The notes under the pieces are model-generated. The model saw only the letters and a list, made by a program, of their open reading frames with translations, was not told the origin of the DNA and did no database searches. Shown piece after piece: positions 23,292-51,929 of a DNA stretch of 64,000 nt. A program made the translations under genes and the position numbers. Source of the stretch: Amoebidium appalachense (lineage: Eukaryota; Protista; Ichthyosporea); the NCBI GenBank assembly GCA_963693365.1, contig CAVNZM010000001.1, forward strand, positions 10,194,161 through 10,258,160, written 5' to 3'. Within the stretch, counting starts at the first letter, position 1. Each line of letters begins with the position of its first letter.

Positions 23292-24563
23292 TCATTTTAC
23301 CATCAAACCCCACGTGGTGATCTTGGCCAAAATCCGGTCATAAGCCACAATAGTAGCAATGACGTCACATATGTATACAACGAGCATGGTCTGCGACAGT
23401 GATGCATCCAGGGTTACAACAAAAGCGTTCCCTATACAAAAAGAACCGAGAAAAATGGTTACGGCGTTGTAAATCACGACAACAACTATAATCCTTATGT
23501 TGTTGTGGTGGTCCATAAACCTAAGTTCCACCTCCGCGCCCCTCACGAGGTAGCTGAAGCTCCACGGGGGGAAAAACAGAGCTACTAGTGTTAACCCGAC
23601 GAAGTTAAGGTACTGGTATTGGAAAGACATGCCGTAAACGTAAAACCACATTACAGCAGGCAAAAGGGTACCCGCGACAATAAGATATATCAACGGGAGC
23701 GGACGGTAAAAATCCAAGTTGCGAAGGACGTAAAGCTTCCTTTGATCGAACATGAGGAACAGGATTCTCTGTCGTTGCACGACGCTTGAAATGGTGCAAA
23801 TAATGAAAAAGTGCCCGCATATCGTTGCAACCGCAAACCAATCCGTGTAGAGTTTCCTCGCCGCATTTACGTCGACGATACTTACGTACGCGGACGGGTC
23901 GAGATAGTCGCCGTTTTCGCTCATATATCCAGCGAAATTTAGGTTTCCGAGGATCGAAGCGACCATGAAGCAAATGGAACACACGCAGAACTGGTTAATA
24001 AAAAACCATCCTCGCGCCTTAACGATCGGGTGGTTTCGGGCGACGTAGCATAGCCCCCAAAGCGACAGCAGCACGACAATCATGAACGCGCTGATGGCCA
24101 TCTCCATATGCATCAGCGATTTTTCCACCGGCCTGTGTTCGTTGTACAGGTCGATGAGTTGTTGCCTAAGCTGCAATACTTGTACAAAAAGCGCAGGCTT
24201 TTCCTGTGGGGGCGCGGCTTCCATTAAAGCGTTGGTTTTCTCCAATTTTTCTAGTACCGGGGACATAAGGTAGGCGCACAAATACGGCTGCCGTGCGTGT
24301 ATGGCCATAATGTGCGCGACGTAAAACGCTGTGCATATCAAACATATCAAAGTGAACGCCGTCCATGTGACCATGTAATATTTTCGAAGGATGTGTTTCC
24401 GAAATCCCGCCATGGAGTCATCCGACCCTGCGTCCCATAGTTGAACGTGTGACGCGCCATTGTTTTGTACCATACTTGAAGCAATTTGGACGTACTTTGA
24501 TGATTGGATTCTCTCCAACGTGCCCTGTCGGGCCGCCGCCACCTGGTCTTGTTTCTGACTCAT
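23292..24563 (-). CDS. Intronless 423-aa multi-pass membrane protein, class C GPCR-like 7TM core plus an extra N-terminal TM helix
   Basis: Intact ATG-to-stop ORF with non-repetitive composition, about 8 hydrophobic segments and a conserved paralog about 6 kb away. Motifs RNHPIVKARG, VVQRQRILFLMF and YLVRG..LRFMD resemble class C 7TM motifs (TPIVKA, KTNRIxRIF, KTRGVPENFNE). The family assignment is by eye. Confidence 0.8.
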   Translation of the reverse strand: MSQKQDQVAAARQGTLERIQSSKYVQIASSMVQNNGASHVQLWDAGSDDSMAGFRKHILRKYYMVTWTAFTLICLICTAFYVAHIMAIHARQPYLCAYLMSPVLEKLEKTNALMEAAPPQEKPALFVQVLQLRQQLIDLYNEHRPVEKSLMHMEMAISAFMIVVLLSLWGLCYVARNHPIVKARGWFFINQFCVCSICFMVASILGNLNFAGYMSENGDYLDPSAYVSIVDVNAARKLYTDWFAVATICGHFFIICTISSVVQRQRILFLMFDQRKLYVLRNLDFYRPLPLIYLIVAGTLLPAVMWFYVYGMSFQYQYLNFVGLTLVALFFPPWSFSYLVRGAEVELRFMDHHNNIRIIVVVVIYNAVTIFLGSFCIGNAFVVTLDASLSQTMLVVYICDVIATIVAYDRILAKITTWGLMVK

Positions 24564-27499
24564 CTTTCACTGATGTACGCGTACGTGCATGTATGCCCTG
24601 GTTGATGTGCAAATAGTTAGATACACTGTACCCATTCACTGAGTTACTACACTGTGATGACATAAAGATACTCGGCGAAGGGTTATTGACTCAATCCGTC
24701 AATATTTTTATTGTAAACTTTAATAAAAACTGAACTATTCGCATTTCGTCACAGTGGGCAGTACTGTATATCGAGATTACAGTGTATGCAGCACGCAATC
24801 GAATGTCATACCGTGGCGTCCCAGTTTCCAGAAATGTTCGAAACAGTAATTGCCCTCCCCCTCCCTCCCCACCCCCCCTCTATCCCTTCTACTCCTCCCC
24901 CCTCCCCTCCCTCCCTTCTACGGAGAAACCACTGCTTGAAGCTTAAATCAGTTATTCACACGGCTGCTGTTACGGGAGGAGCATGCAGCCACATAATCAT
25001 TCTGAGGCATACGTAATAGTAACTACCTGTCCGCCTGCAACACACTTGCAAGTAGTACCCCACACACCATGATCTGTACACCTTTGCACCGAGAATCAGA
25101 GCTTAAGAATCCTCTTTCACCGTGATCCCGTGATCTCGTGGCACCCACACAAACATGCCAGCACACACAGCACACACACACACTGGAGCTGTTGGGCACA
25201 CACAACACCAACACTAATATAATCACATGAATGCGATTGAGTATAAGTGTACTACACCACCCAGTACAGCCACAGTGACACCAGCACAGAAACTCCGAGT
25301 CTAGCTGTTTCCACACTCACTTAATAAGTAAAATGAGTGTTTAATGTGTCTTTTCAAGCCGTTTGGAAAGTCATTGAAAGTTCGTGTAACCACGAAGAAA
25401 GTGACTAGCTGAAGCACAGAACCGTGGCCACGATTTGTTTTTCATCCTGTTTTTAACTTAAGTGTGCAGATAGATCTAGAAGGGGGCGATTCATACCACA
25501 TGCGTCAACGTTTAAGCAGCAAAGCCCCTTTCCCTCCAATATTTAATTGCCACAAAAACACTTACTTGCCATCGCTGGACCCTTCGTGTCAGATACTCTC
25601 CCGGAGCCTTTCTACGGTACTAAAGTCGAGTCGCTCAACATGGCTAGGCCAGTCCCCTATATAGCTAGGTCCGCTACTGCATAGAATAATGGGCTAGAAC
25701 AGATGCTGAGCATTTGAGGCTGTATCAGCTTACAAGTTAGTCTAAATATCACTATCTGCTTACCATGTTCTTGGAAAAAAAGAACAGCAACCTGAAACCC
25801 AGCGAAAACCAGTGATCATGAAAAGGTGGAACTACAGTACATGCATTCATGAAGCCAAAGTGCACGATAATCTCGATGGCGGAAAGAAAAACGAGTCCTA
25901 CAACTAGAAATCTCGTCGGTCGTTACGATATCCGGGTTCAAAGAACAGTCGAGTTTTGGAAGTTGAACAATCTTCGTGGGTTAGAGTTGTTTTTTTGTCA
26001 GAATTGCCCGGCATTGATTCCCATCGCCAAGCATCGAAAAATCTGTAAAACTACGTATACTTTATTCAGACGAGGTGCCAGTGCATGGCAAGGAAAAACT
26101 CCGAGGTAGAAGCTGTGTAGGACTCACAATAGGTTAAGTGAGTTAACTTTACAGGCTGTTAAGCAGTATTTTGCCTGTCTAAAGCAAAAAAAACGGGTCT
26201 GAAACACAAGTAAACGGCGTGACGGCGTGTCTGCGCTTTCCCCTGACAGTGTGCTTGTTTACTTTTTTCCGTGTGCATGCCTGGGCGATAAAAGAAAAGG
26301 GCGGGAATGGGTTAGAAAAAGATCACCCTGCATTCCATGTTTCCCAGAATATTTCCCCCAAATTTCTTTTCCGTGTGTTTCTAACTCTGAACATTCCCCT
26401 GACCTATGCACTAAGACTTCAAGTCTGATTTTTACAACAGTATAACGTGGGCGAGATTGAAAATCGAAAATACTCTAAAAAGGAATGTAAAAAAGGACTG
26501 GCGTGCAGATTTTTCTACTGTTTGAAGGAGCTAAAAGCAAAAAAAAAAAAAAAAAAAAAACTCTTCTGGGTGTTTCAGGTGATTTGTAAACAGCACATTC
26601 CCCCAGGTGATTTATGATTTATTCATGTGTTTTCTTTTTTGGGGGGTTTCCGCTGTATATACGTTTTGGAATATACCACCCTGGATGAAAGTATGCTGTA
26701 CGAATCCTCCCAAACTCTGCTAGCAAAACATAGTTCCAGATGTGCCGTCTTGCATGTTGCATATGGGGTTGCACGTTGAGTAAGAGAATAATCCACCTAT
26801 TAAAGAAATTAAGGTATATTCTGCTGTTTGCTCATTCACATGCTACATGTTAAACGGTATATGCACACAGCCTGACACACTCAGACACAGCCTACAGGGA
26901 CCAAGCAATGCAATGAAGTTTTGGGGGAACGCTCCCACAGTCTGTAGTACAGTACCCTGTAACGTCTCTGTTACTACATTTTTTACATGTACACTTCCCT
27001 GCGTGCTTTCGATCCATTTTCCTCCAGATTTATCCTGCCCAAAAAAACTTTAGTTCATATCTTCAGATGTATTTTTTTGTCTTTATTGATGTGCTCATAT
27101 ATGATCATGCAGAAAAGGAGATATCGCAGATATCTCAAAGAGATGACTGGTATCGAGTCGCTCAAATAATGTACATGTGGAGGTAGACTCGCATATATAT
27201 ACATAATACCCAAAAAATATATTGGACAAGTAAGAAAAAAACAAACACTAATATTAGAGTCAGTGCTATATAGTAGATAGCATACTATGATGATAACAAA
27301 AGTGCTCGAATGCCTCCACTTCAAGTTGCTCGATTGCCCCTACTGACGAGAATACCAATAAAGATGCATGAGTGAATGTAGCATCGATGGCAGAGTATAT
27401 TCATGAGAATCTTGGGGAATGGCTACAGTAGATTGCTCCATCAAAGCCACGAAAATGTCTAGGCTGCAAACTGTAAGGAAGCCATCTGTAACTACTCCA

Positions 27500-28130
27500 A
27501 AGACAGAGCCTGCCCTAAAACTCAATCAAAGGAGCAGCACCAGAGAGGTTTCTACTAAAGAGCAATACAGAACATGTAGGACTACAGATCTACCTAAGCG
27601 GGCGCCGTGCTCGGAGGAACCCTTCAAGGAGAACATGCAGTCAAACAAGGCAGCCTAGTTGTCACGGGAGGCACAAAAGGAACCAACACTACAAAACAAG
27701 CGGACACAAAAAAATTAAGGCCATAGAGCTAACTGCCACCGCGCATGCAAGAAGAGCCCGTGACTGTAGCCGGCTGAGGAAGCTTCTCAACGTCTCAGTC
27801 AGCCACAAACCAATCCAAACGCGCGCCGCGGAGGAGACGTCAACCATCAAGCCGCAGTTGCACCCCAAGGAGAAAACATAGAGTTGGAGAAAACATAGTT
27901 GTGCCCCATCTTAGAAGAGAAGGGTGCCGCCGCTAACCCAGAAGGCCGCCAACCCCGGAGAAGCCTCGCGGCCATTATGAAAACCATCCACACGCCCCTC
28001 CCCCAAAGACGCGCGAAGACAGGCCACAATGGAGAGAGGTAGCTCACGGCCAGTACCTTGCAGGCCACAGGAAACAACTATCACCCCGGTTGCGCCAGCA
28101 CCTGCCTGGAAGTCATCCCCCCTGTACCGG
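27500..28130 (-). mobile_element. Possible degenerate 3' fragment of a non-LTR retrotransposon (LINE)
   Basis: GC-richer segment. Frameshifted minus-strand peptides RALL..MRGGS*L, RLFC..FC and HVLLE resemble the LINE ORF2 C-terminal RLRxG..C..C..HxxxEC region. Boundaries approximate. Confidence 0.3.
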
Positions 28131-28146
28131 ACTTCAGTCCCGTTAC

Positions 28147-28532
28147 AAAAAGAAAGAAGCGAAAACTCTTATATACCTGCCATGATGAAAATTCGGGGAA
28201 AAAAAGGCAATGTTCATGAAAGGAAAGTGATCGAAGTGAAAATGAAGTCAAAAAGAAAAAAGCGAAAACTCTTATATACCTGCCATGGTGAAAATTCGGG
28301 GAATAAAAGCTGCCACCTACTGAGATGGCTCCTTATTTTTCCCTACACATTCAGCGAACACTGGACTCTGTCGAACGCGTTGAGGCGCCGCGACAGAAAG
28401 CATATGCACGCGGTCGCGAGAGTCCTGCAGCGAACGTAAAGTTCATCGCAGCGCATGCACACCGTCAGTACGTGTGAGGAATAAAAGGTAATGTGAAAGG
28501 AAAGTGATCGAAGTGAAAATGAAGTCAAAAAA
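28147..28532. repeat. Local direct repeats
   Basis: AAGCGAAAACTCTTATATACCTGCCATG..GAAAATTCGGGGAA occurs near 28157 and 28260. TGAAAGGAAAGTGATCGAAGTGAAAATGAAGTCAAAA occurs near 28217 and 28494. Confidence 0.75.
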
Positions 28533-28690
28533 ACTTTCCGGAATAGCCAAGGCATCCGATCCTTGGCTACCCCGGTCAGTGGAGTTAGCTTAAAGGGCCA
28601 TTGCCAATGCGCTACATCCCAGGATTCGAACCAGGTGCCTCCTGCGTCGGAGGCGAGTATTTTTATCTTTTGTGACCGAAACCTCACGAT
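28527..28690 (-). mobile_element. tRNA(Gly-like)-derived SINE head or tRNA pseudogene
   Basis: The minus strand reads CTCGCCTCCGACGCAGGAGGCACCTGGTTCGAATCCTGGG, resembling the tRNA-Gly(CCC) anticodon and T arms, with Pol III B box GGTTCGAATCC. The D arm and acceptor stem are not recoverable. About 80 bp of tail follows, ending in a T run. Confidence 0.5.
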
Positions 28691-29265
28691 TCACCGAGGA
28701 TGTCGGATGGTGGCACCCTCGACCTACTTGGATCTTCAAATTCAAAAGTCCCCCCTAAGTAGTATACATTATCTACAACTTTGAAAATGGAGGTAAGTAC
28801 ATTTTCTTCATGTTTTCCAGTATAGAACTCTCTTAAAAGTCAATCTCTAGAAGGTGAATAGAAATTAAGGTTTATTTATGGATAAAAACCAGAGAATATC
28901 CAGATGTTACGTACAGTACATCACACCGTCACTCAAGTTGACCACAACCCAGAAAACAATTCAATTAGCATGCAAGTATGCGGTAAGATGTTTGAATCCC
29001 CACGATAAACAGCGCTGGCCCAGCTACGCTCAAAAAAACAAAAAACAAAAAAAAAAAAACGGCTGTATGACTCCAAGAGGTGGGCGAGATTTCAAGTTTC
29101 CTTGAAGGTCCAAACTCGAAGACGTGATTAGCAGGCAACCGTAGCGGTGGGAGGAGAACTAGGAGCATGAGTGGAGAAAGAAGGCCGCCTCCGGGTAAGA
29201 AAGAGTTTGGTTTTCTGTTGGTTGAAAGAATCCATGATCAGGGGAACGATGGGGTTGAGGGGGAG

Positions 29266-29302
<37 letters not shown>

Positions 29303-30126
29303 GGGGGGGGGGGGGGGGGTAAAGGGGAGGGAATTTCACTGACCGAAGGAAGGATGGAAAAGGGAAGGTCTCTGAGGGAGTTTGGGTTGGGCGGGGGGAG
29401 AGGGGGAGGGGGGGGAGGGAGGGATCGGAGGGGCTGACGAGGGTGGAGTTAGGTTGAGGAGGGAGGGGAGCATATGGCAAAGGAATTCGGAGTGCCGTCA
29501 TAAGGGTGAGGTGGAAAACACATGGGAGACACATTTGGCTGTAACGGAGCTCAGGGAGGATGGGAAGGTGGGCGGGGAGAAGGGGTGGAAGGGGGAATGA
29601 AGGGAGGGGGGTGGGGGAGTGGGTGTGAAGACCGGAAGGATGGGAGGTGGTTTGAAGGGGGTGGGGAGGGGGAGGGCAGGAGTGCATAAAGACGTCACAG
29701 GGGCATAGGGGAGGGACTAGCAGGGCTGAGCCTGCTTGTGTTTTGGTCTGGAATATGGAGGGGGGGAGGGAGAGGGGTAATGAATGGGGCTGGAGGATCT
29801 AGGATGATTTGTGAAAGAAGATGCACACTTTCCTACAGTAGGGGTATGGACTTAGGAGAGGCAGAATAGGTCTAGCGTGGCGGAAAAGTGAGGAATGAAA
29901 AGAAAGCAAGAGGGGGGGGTGAGAGAGGAGGAGGGGAGGGGGGGGGGGGGGGTGAGGGGTGGGCAGGAGCGGAGACATACAATACCTCTGACCAATTAAA
30001 CTGGCTTGTGTTGAAGAAGTGTGATCTCCAGCTTTTTTTCTTCTGCAAGGCACTTGGTGCGAGCGTATGGTGCTGCTGGCATTCTTAGTCTTTACAAATA
30101 CACGTGCGGGGGGGGGGGCGCGCGCG

Positions 30127-30199
<73 letters not shown>

Positions 30200-31442
30200 A
30201 CGCACGCACAAAAACACACACACACACGATCTCCCCCCCCCCCCCTCCCCCTCCCACACACCCTCTCCCACTCCCTCCCACTCCCACTCCCACTCCCTCT
30301 CCCTGTCTCTCGCCTCCCTCTCTCTCCCTTCCCCACCCCCCTCTCCCTCTCCTGCCCCTCCCCCTCCCCTCCCCCTCCCTCCACCTGCCGCTGCCTCCCT
30401 ACCGCCTTCCCTCTCCCTCCTCCGTTCCCCTCCTCCTGCCCCCTGCTCTCCGCGCCCCTCCCCCCCCCACGTCCCCTTCCCCTTCTTCCTCTCACTTCCT
30501 CTCCCGTCTAATTCTCTCTCTCCATTCCCCCCTCCCCCCCCCCTCCCCCCCACCTCCCTCTCTCTCCCGCTCTCCCCCTCGTCGTCTCCCCCCCGTCTCC
30601 GCCCGCTCTTCCTGACCATCTCAGCCAGTCACATGCCCTCCCGCCCCCTCACATTCCGTCTCCCCCCTCTCCATCCCCCCTTTCCTTCCTACTCACCCCC
30701 CCCCCCCCCCCTCTTTCTCTCTCTCCCCCCCCCCCCCTCCCCCTCCCCCCCTCTCCCCAGCCCACCTCTTTCTTTTGCCTCTTGTCCGTCTCAGCACTCT
30801 CCCCGTCTCCCCCCCCCCCCCCCCCCCCCCCCTCCCCGCCCCTCCTGCCCTGGGGCTTCTGCTTTCCAATGCCCTTCTCCCCCTTCCCCCACCCCACTCA
30901 CACGCAACCACCCAACACCGAAACTACAACCATGTCCCCTCCCTATCTCCGTTCGCCTCCTCTTCCCCTTGAGATGACCAAGTTTCTCTTCCTGGTCTCC
31001 ATTTCTCTGCCTCTCTCTGCCCATACATATCTGTTTCGTGCCGGAGCACACGAGTTTCTAATGTTGTTCTTTTCTCTGCGTTTGTGTTTTTTTTGTTTCT
31101 TGTTTTAGTTCTATTTCAGCGAGGCCGTGCTCATCTGATTCGTTTCGTAATGCAATCGCAAACCGCTGACAAACACGGAAAAAACATAGAAAAACAAACG
31201 AACAAAAATACTTTTCAGAGAACTAACGTGCATCTTACTCGTGCAGGCGTTAACGAAAGCAATTGACAAACAGGGGAGGAGGGGGGGGGGGGGGAGGGGG
31301 GGAGGGGGGGGAGGGGAGGGGGGGGGGGGGAAGGGGAGGAGGGGGGAGGGAGGGGTTTGGGGAAGCAAAACAAAACAAGAATTTTTCGGGAAAAAAACAA
31401 GGAAAAAAAACAGAAAACTAACGTGTGCATTTATATGTTCAG

Positions 31443-43213
<11,771 letters not shown>

Positions 43214-44310
43214 GAATGCCTAAATCCAAACAGCTTGCAAGTATCAAGAATGCAACCCATCTCCCGCCTTTCTCTCTGAATCAACCGCTGTTGACATTTG
43301 TATCACTTTTCTAATACTTTTCACAGCTTTTATGCAATAGTTTGGAATCAGTAAGTTCTGTTCTAATTGTTCAAATCCGATTGGGTGTCACTGGTTAAGG
43401 CCTTTTCAGAGTCACGTGCCGTTTTGTTGTATCCGGCATGCTTAGTAGACTGAGAGCTGATGCATCTATGTTTAGCAACATGTACATCTTAGTCTAAGAC
43501 TTCATGTAGCGCGTACGTTTTAAGGCCCTCGGGTTGGGAATTTTGAGCTTCTCTTCCCCCCCCCCCCCCCCCCCCCTCTCTCCCCTCATGCCCTCTACAC
43601 ACGCGTGCACACACACACACATTCACACACATTCCGACCACACGCGAGCGCACACACGCTCGTACACGTGTAAACACACACATACGCATGCACACGACTA
43701 CCTCAACACCATACCCACCCCCCTCCTCCCCCCTCCCCCCCCCCCCCCCCCTCTCTCCCCCCTCATACACACACACGGGCAGTCACCAACCCCCCCCCCC
43801 CCCCCCCCCCCCCTCTGCCCTCCTCCTCTCCTGCTTCTTTTCTGCTTTGTGCGAATCTGTGCTACCGATGAATTGAAAGAGCACCACCGTAGCTAAAACG
43901 GAAGTGCGCGTTACACACTATCAAGACACATACACCACGCAGGTTTTTTATCGTTGTTGTACGTACATAGTGGACCGGCCTCCACTTTTAATAGCATAGT
44001 AAACTCAAACAGTAAATCATATACGTTGCTGTGCCGCTATAGCTACGATCCCCCGTTGATTATTATAGAAGCGAATTGTGGCTTTTGAATACTCATACAT
44101 ACGTATTTGCGACCACTAGTACCCTAAATTTAGACATGATCGTTGTACATCAGTGAACAAACATGTATAGATATCTAGCTTAGCTTTGCGATCGAATTCT
44201 TTCGACGTCGTGCGTACCAGTTCCCCATTCCCTAATTAATAAGCCTATAGGTATCGTGCGGTTGCAAGGAAGGCGCGGGGGAGCTGTTCTTTTTTTCTTT
44301 TCCTTTTTCT

Positions 44311-44360
<50 letters not shown>

Positions 44361-45061
44361 CCCGGCGGTCTTTCGTTTGTTTGGGGTGGGACGTCTGGCC
44401 TAGTCTCCAAGGCTATGTACCCACTGGCTTACGTAAGTGGCCGGGCACTACTACGCCGCGGGACTTCGCCTGCGGCAACATACAAGGTATGAGGTATGTT
44501 GAGCCGGGCCGCAGGAGACAGTCACTCAATACTATTGTACGTCTGGCCGTTCCTCTGGATTACGTAATCTATGTTTGACATTTGAGTGAACTGATTTATT
44601 ACCAATCAGCAGCTTCCAAATCCAGGCGCAAATGTTACTCGTGCAGGCTGATCATTCGCAGGCTTATGTAGAGCACAGCCATGATGGGAGCTTATCAAAA
44701 CATAAAAATAAGCAGAAAAAGTAACTTACATATTAAATTATAGCTTGTATATACGTTTGGGAGCGTTAAGAGCGCTCATTATTGTGACGGGACATTGAAT
44801 CAGTCTGATTCAGCCATGTAGCTCCAACAGAGTAAGCCAATGGCCAGCAAGCAATAGATCTGTTTTAGATCTGATCACATATCTCGCCAATCGACCGCAC
44901 AGCTCCGCCGGGGTCGGAATGGGAGGACTTTCGAATTCAGCACAAAGAGTTGTCACTACAGTGAAGTGGGTGTTACGGCTGTATATGTTCCACGTCTACA
45001 TCTTTTTTTACAAGTCTCTAGTGCAATGCAGTAAAAGCTATCTTTAGTTTAGTCATTTAAA

Positions 45062-48160
<3,099 letters not shown>

Positions 48161-49115
48161 AAGGCTTCTCGTCTGACTTCTTTAACAACGTTAACCATGA
48201 TACCGTAATAATGATGCCCAGGCTCCAGCCTTAAAGTTGCTCACGGCAAATTGCATCCTGCCCCCTCCCACAGCCCCGCCATCGTTTTTTTTTTTTGCTT
48301 TTATTCTTTTTTTTCCTTTGTTTTTTTCCAAATTTGTTTTGAAGTTTTCACTGAACAACTTCTCGTTGCCATTTTATCATGAGTCGTTTAGCCATCTGGC
48401 CATAAGCCTTCCGCAAGGAGGTATCACATTCGTTGTGAAATATGATATGCTACTGCGCAAGTACGTTAAATTGGTGGCGGTGATGGTGGTGGTGGTTGCG
48501 TGGTGCACTACGTCGGCCGAGGGCGCGCGGGGGGACTCCGGCCCCCCCTCCCTCCCCCCCCCCCCCCCCCCCCCCCCCCCTCCCCCCCCCCCCCCCCCCC
48601 CCCCCCCTCCCCGCCGGGAGTATCATTCAATAAAAATCAGGATTTGCCTGGACTTCTTGCAAGCCTGAGCAATGCATCATGCGGGTGATGCCGGAATTCA
48701 ATAAATTCGAATATCATTTCTTTCGATCTCAGGCTGGCAAGTGAACTCCGTACATGACGTAATCTGAACCCGATTAGCCTATTAGTAACTCTGACATGTA
48801 TGGCAGGCTAATATTGCACTTGCGCAAATTTTATAGCACGTTTTTTCGAAGCTCCTCTCTCGTTTTTCCCCCCCCCCCCCTCCCCCTCCCCCCCCCCCCC
48901 CCATTTTTTTGAAGTGTGGGGAGGGGGCCGAAGGAACTGGGGAGGGGAGGGGGGAGGGGGGGGGGGGGTTGTCCTCGAATTTGGGTTTAGGCTCGATAAT
49001 TCCCTGACACGTGTATACATGCAGCTACCGCTAGAAAGCTCAAAAAAATTTCAGTGGGGCATACAACAACAATCGGCGTTGACCCACTCCCCCTCCCCCT
49101 CCCCCCCCCCCCCCC

Positions 49116-49150
<35 letters not shown>

Positions 49151-49271
49151 CCTTCCCCCCCCGCCCAACACACACACACCACGCCGGTGACCACCACCAC
49201 AACCACCACCAAAGCACACATGCAAGTTCCCGGACACATCTTGACAAGCACATGTTACAGTACACAAGATG

Positions 49272-49316
<45 letters not shown>

Positions 49317-50039
49317 AACACACACACACACACACACACACGCACACTACAAACACACACACAGTCACACCGTGACGTGTGCACATACACACACCACCCG
49401 GGGGATGGGGGGAGGGGCGAGGAGGGCCCCGGGGGGAGGGGGCGAGGAGGGGGGGGGGGGAAGGGGGGGAGATAGGTGGGGCGTTTTAAAACAAAAAAGA
49501 AGAAGGAAGAGGTAAAACTTTGAAGCCAGTAGAAAGGATAGTGCATGTGGTGGTGGGTGGGTGTGAAAACTTCCCCGGCCCCGGGGGAAGGGGCGAGAGG
49601 GGGGGGGGGGGGGGGGGGAGGGGGGGGAAGGAGGAGGCAACGAACAGAATTATAATGGCCAAGCGGTGTGACAGTCTGAAGTGGGTTGGCGTGGGTACGA
49701 ACTGTGAGTGGCAGCCCATGCTTGAACACACATGAGCACACACACGCGTGTGCACACACATATGCATGTATATACGTACACACAACGGTGACACACCTCA
49801 GCACAAATGGTGGGATATTAATATAAATAAACGACGGATGGTGGAGAAAAATCCCCAGTGGCCACTGAAGATGCACACACTTGACGATCGAGGAAGACAA
49901 AGTCACCACTGATGAAGAGAAACGACGAGGAGCAGTAGACTTTCGTTGGGAGGCATCTTGATCACGTAGATGTGTCAACTGCTGTCCAGGGCCCCAACCT
50001 ACTCAAAAACCACTCGATGACGGACACCAGTGCACGGGT

Positions 50040-51929
50040 TCAGTCACGAAGGCCGAGGTTGGCACGGTGTGTCCGGTGGGCCGGACCAGCCAGAGGCTTG
50101 GTGAAGATGATGTCGGCCAGGTTCTGCTTGGTGTCTATGTAGGTCACGGTAACTGTCCCCACTGTTGATGTAATCCTTGGTGTTGAAGTAGCGAACGGCA
50201 ATGTGCTTGGTCCGGTGCTTCATGGTGTTGGAGTGGACCAGAGCAATGGTGGACTGATTGTCACAGTACACCGGGGTGGGCTCGGTCATGGGGTAGCCCA
50301 GCTCCTTGAGCAGGTCACGGTGCCAGGCAACATCTTGCACGGCAGCATTGAGGGCCAGGGGCTCGGCCTCACATGTGGAAGTTGCAGTGATCGACTGGAG
50401 CTTGGAGTGGTAGGTGACGGGGGTGCCGTCGAGGAGGATGACGTACCCAGACGTGGAACGACGGGTGGTGGGGCAGCCAGCAAAGTATGAATCCGAGTAG
50501 CATTCGAGGATGGGCACCTTGCTGTTGGGGGCCTTCTTCTTGTAGTAGAGGCCGAGGTTGATGGTGCCGATCAGGTAACGAACGACACGGAGAAGAAGCT
50601 CCCAGGCAGTCTTGGTGGGCTTGAAACTGAAACGGCCGAGGTAGCCAATGGGATAAGAGATGTCAGGCCGGGAGCACTGTGACCGAGCAACCCACAGCAG
50701 ACAGCCGAGGAGTTCACGGTAGGGGACGGTGTTGGGCAGGAAGGAGAGGGAGGCCTCGTTGATGATGACGGTGCCCACGGGGATGGGGGTGGCCTTGGGC
50801 TTGGCATCGACTACGTTGAAGTCGTTGATGATGTCCTTGATGTAGGAGGACTGCAGCAGCTTGAGGGAGTCGTTGGTGTAAAGCAGCTGGGTGCCGAGGA
50901 AGATGTCTGGCAGACCGACCTTGCACTCGGCAGACTTCATGATGTGGGCAACAAGCTCCTTCATGAGGGTGGAGTACTGTGTGCAGGTGATGATGGCATC
51001 ATCAACGTAGTTGCCCAATCGGATGATGTCCCCGTTGGGGAACTGACGGATATAAACACGGATCGGAACGAAGACGGACGAGGCCGTGGGCAACAAGGAT
51101 GGAGTTGAAGAACTCGTACCATGCCAGGGAGGCCTGCTTGAGTCCGTAGACTCGGAGGGCCTTCTTGAGTTTCCAGACTTTGTGTTCGTTGCCGGGGAGG
51201 ATGAAACCAGGAGGCTGCTCCATGTACAAACTCTCGTTGAGGGGGCTGTTGAGGAAGGCCGTGCTGATGTCGAGCTGATCGATCTCGTGATCCTGCTGCA
51301 CACCGAGGGCAAGCAGGGCACGGACGGAGGAAGACATGACGACGGGGGAAGAGTTGTCACCGTAGTCAACACCGTAGACTTGGGTGAAACCCTTGGCCAC
51401 ACCACGACCCTTGATCTTGGTGCCAGCAGCATTGGCAGAGTTGAGCAACTTCTTCGTGACAATCCACTTGAATCGGATGATGTTGGCATCGGAGGGGGGT
51501 TCAACCACGTCGAAGATGTCCTTGTCGATGAAGGCCTTGTACTCGGCAGTGAGGGCAGCAACCACGTCATCGCCCTTAGGGCCGGAGCACAGCTTCTGAA
51601 TCGACCGGGGCAGCTCAGACACAGTGACATCAAGGCTGCGCCGTGAGATGCTCACCATAGCCGTGGCAGCCCGGGAGGACAGACGGGAAGAACGACGGGG
51701 GACGGGACGGAGAGGCTCATGGGCCCGGGGGGGTGGCTGGGGCAGACACCCGGGGGTCGGGGATGGGAGCCTGGAAGCCAGGGATGGGTGCTGTGTTGAG
51801 GGGGGAGTTGGATGCCACGGGGCTGGACGGGGCCGAGTGGAACTCCGGAGACCCAGGACGAACCGGGGTCACATGACCAGGTACGTGGTCATCGACGGCG
51901 GGGGCCGGCAGCAGAGGTTGCTGGCCGGT

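Noticed and set aside
28610-28690. Functional tRNA gene
   Set aside because: No D arm or acceptor stem, and the anticodon stem has a mismatch. Treated as a SINE-like relic.
28787-30105. Alternative first exons for ARHGAP1 (ATGGAG|GTAAG at 28787; segment near 30032-30103)
   Set aside because: Phases or homology cannot be confirmed, so the 5' end is left unresolved.
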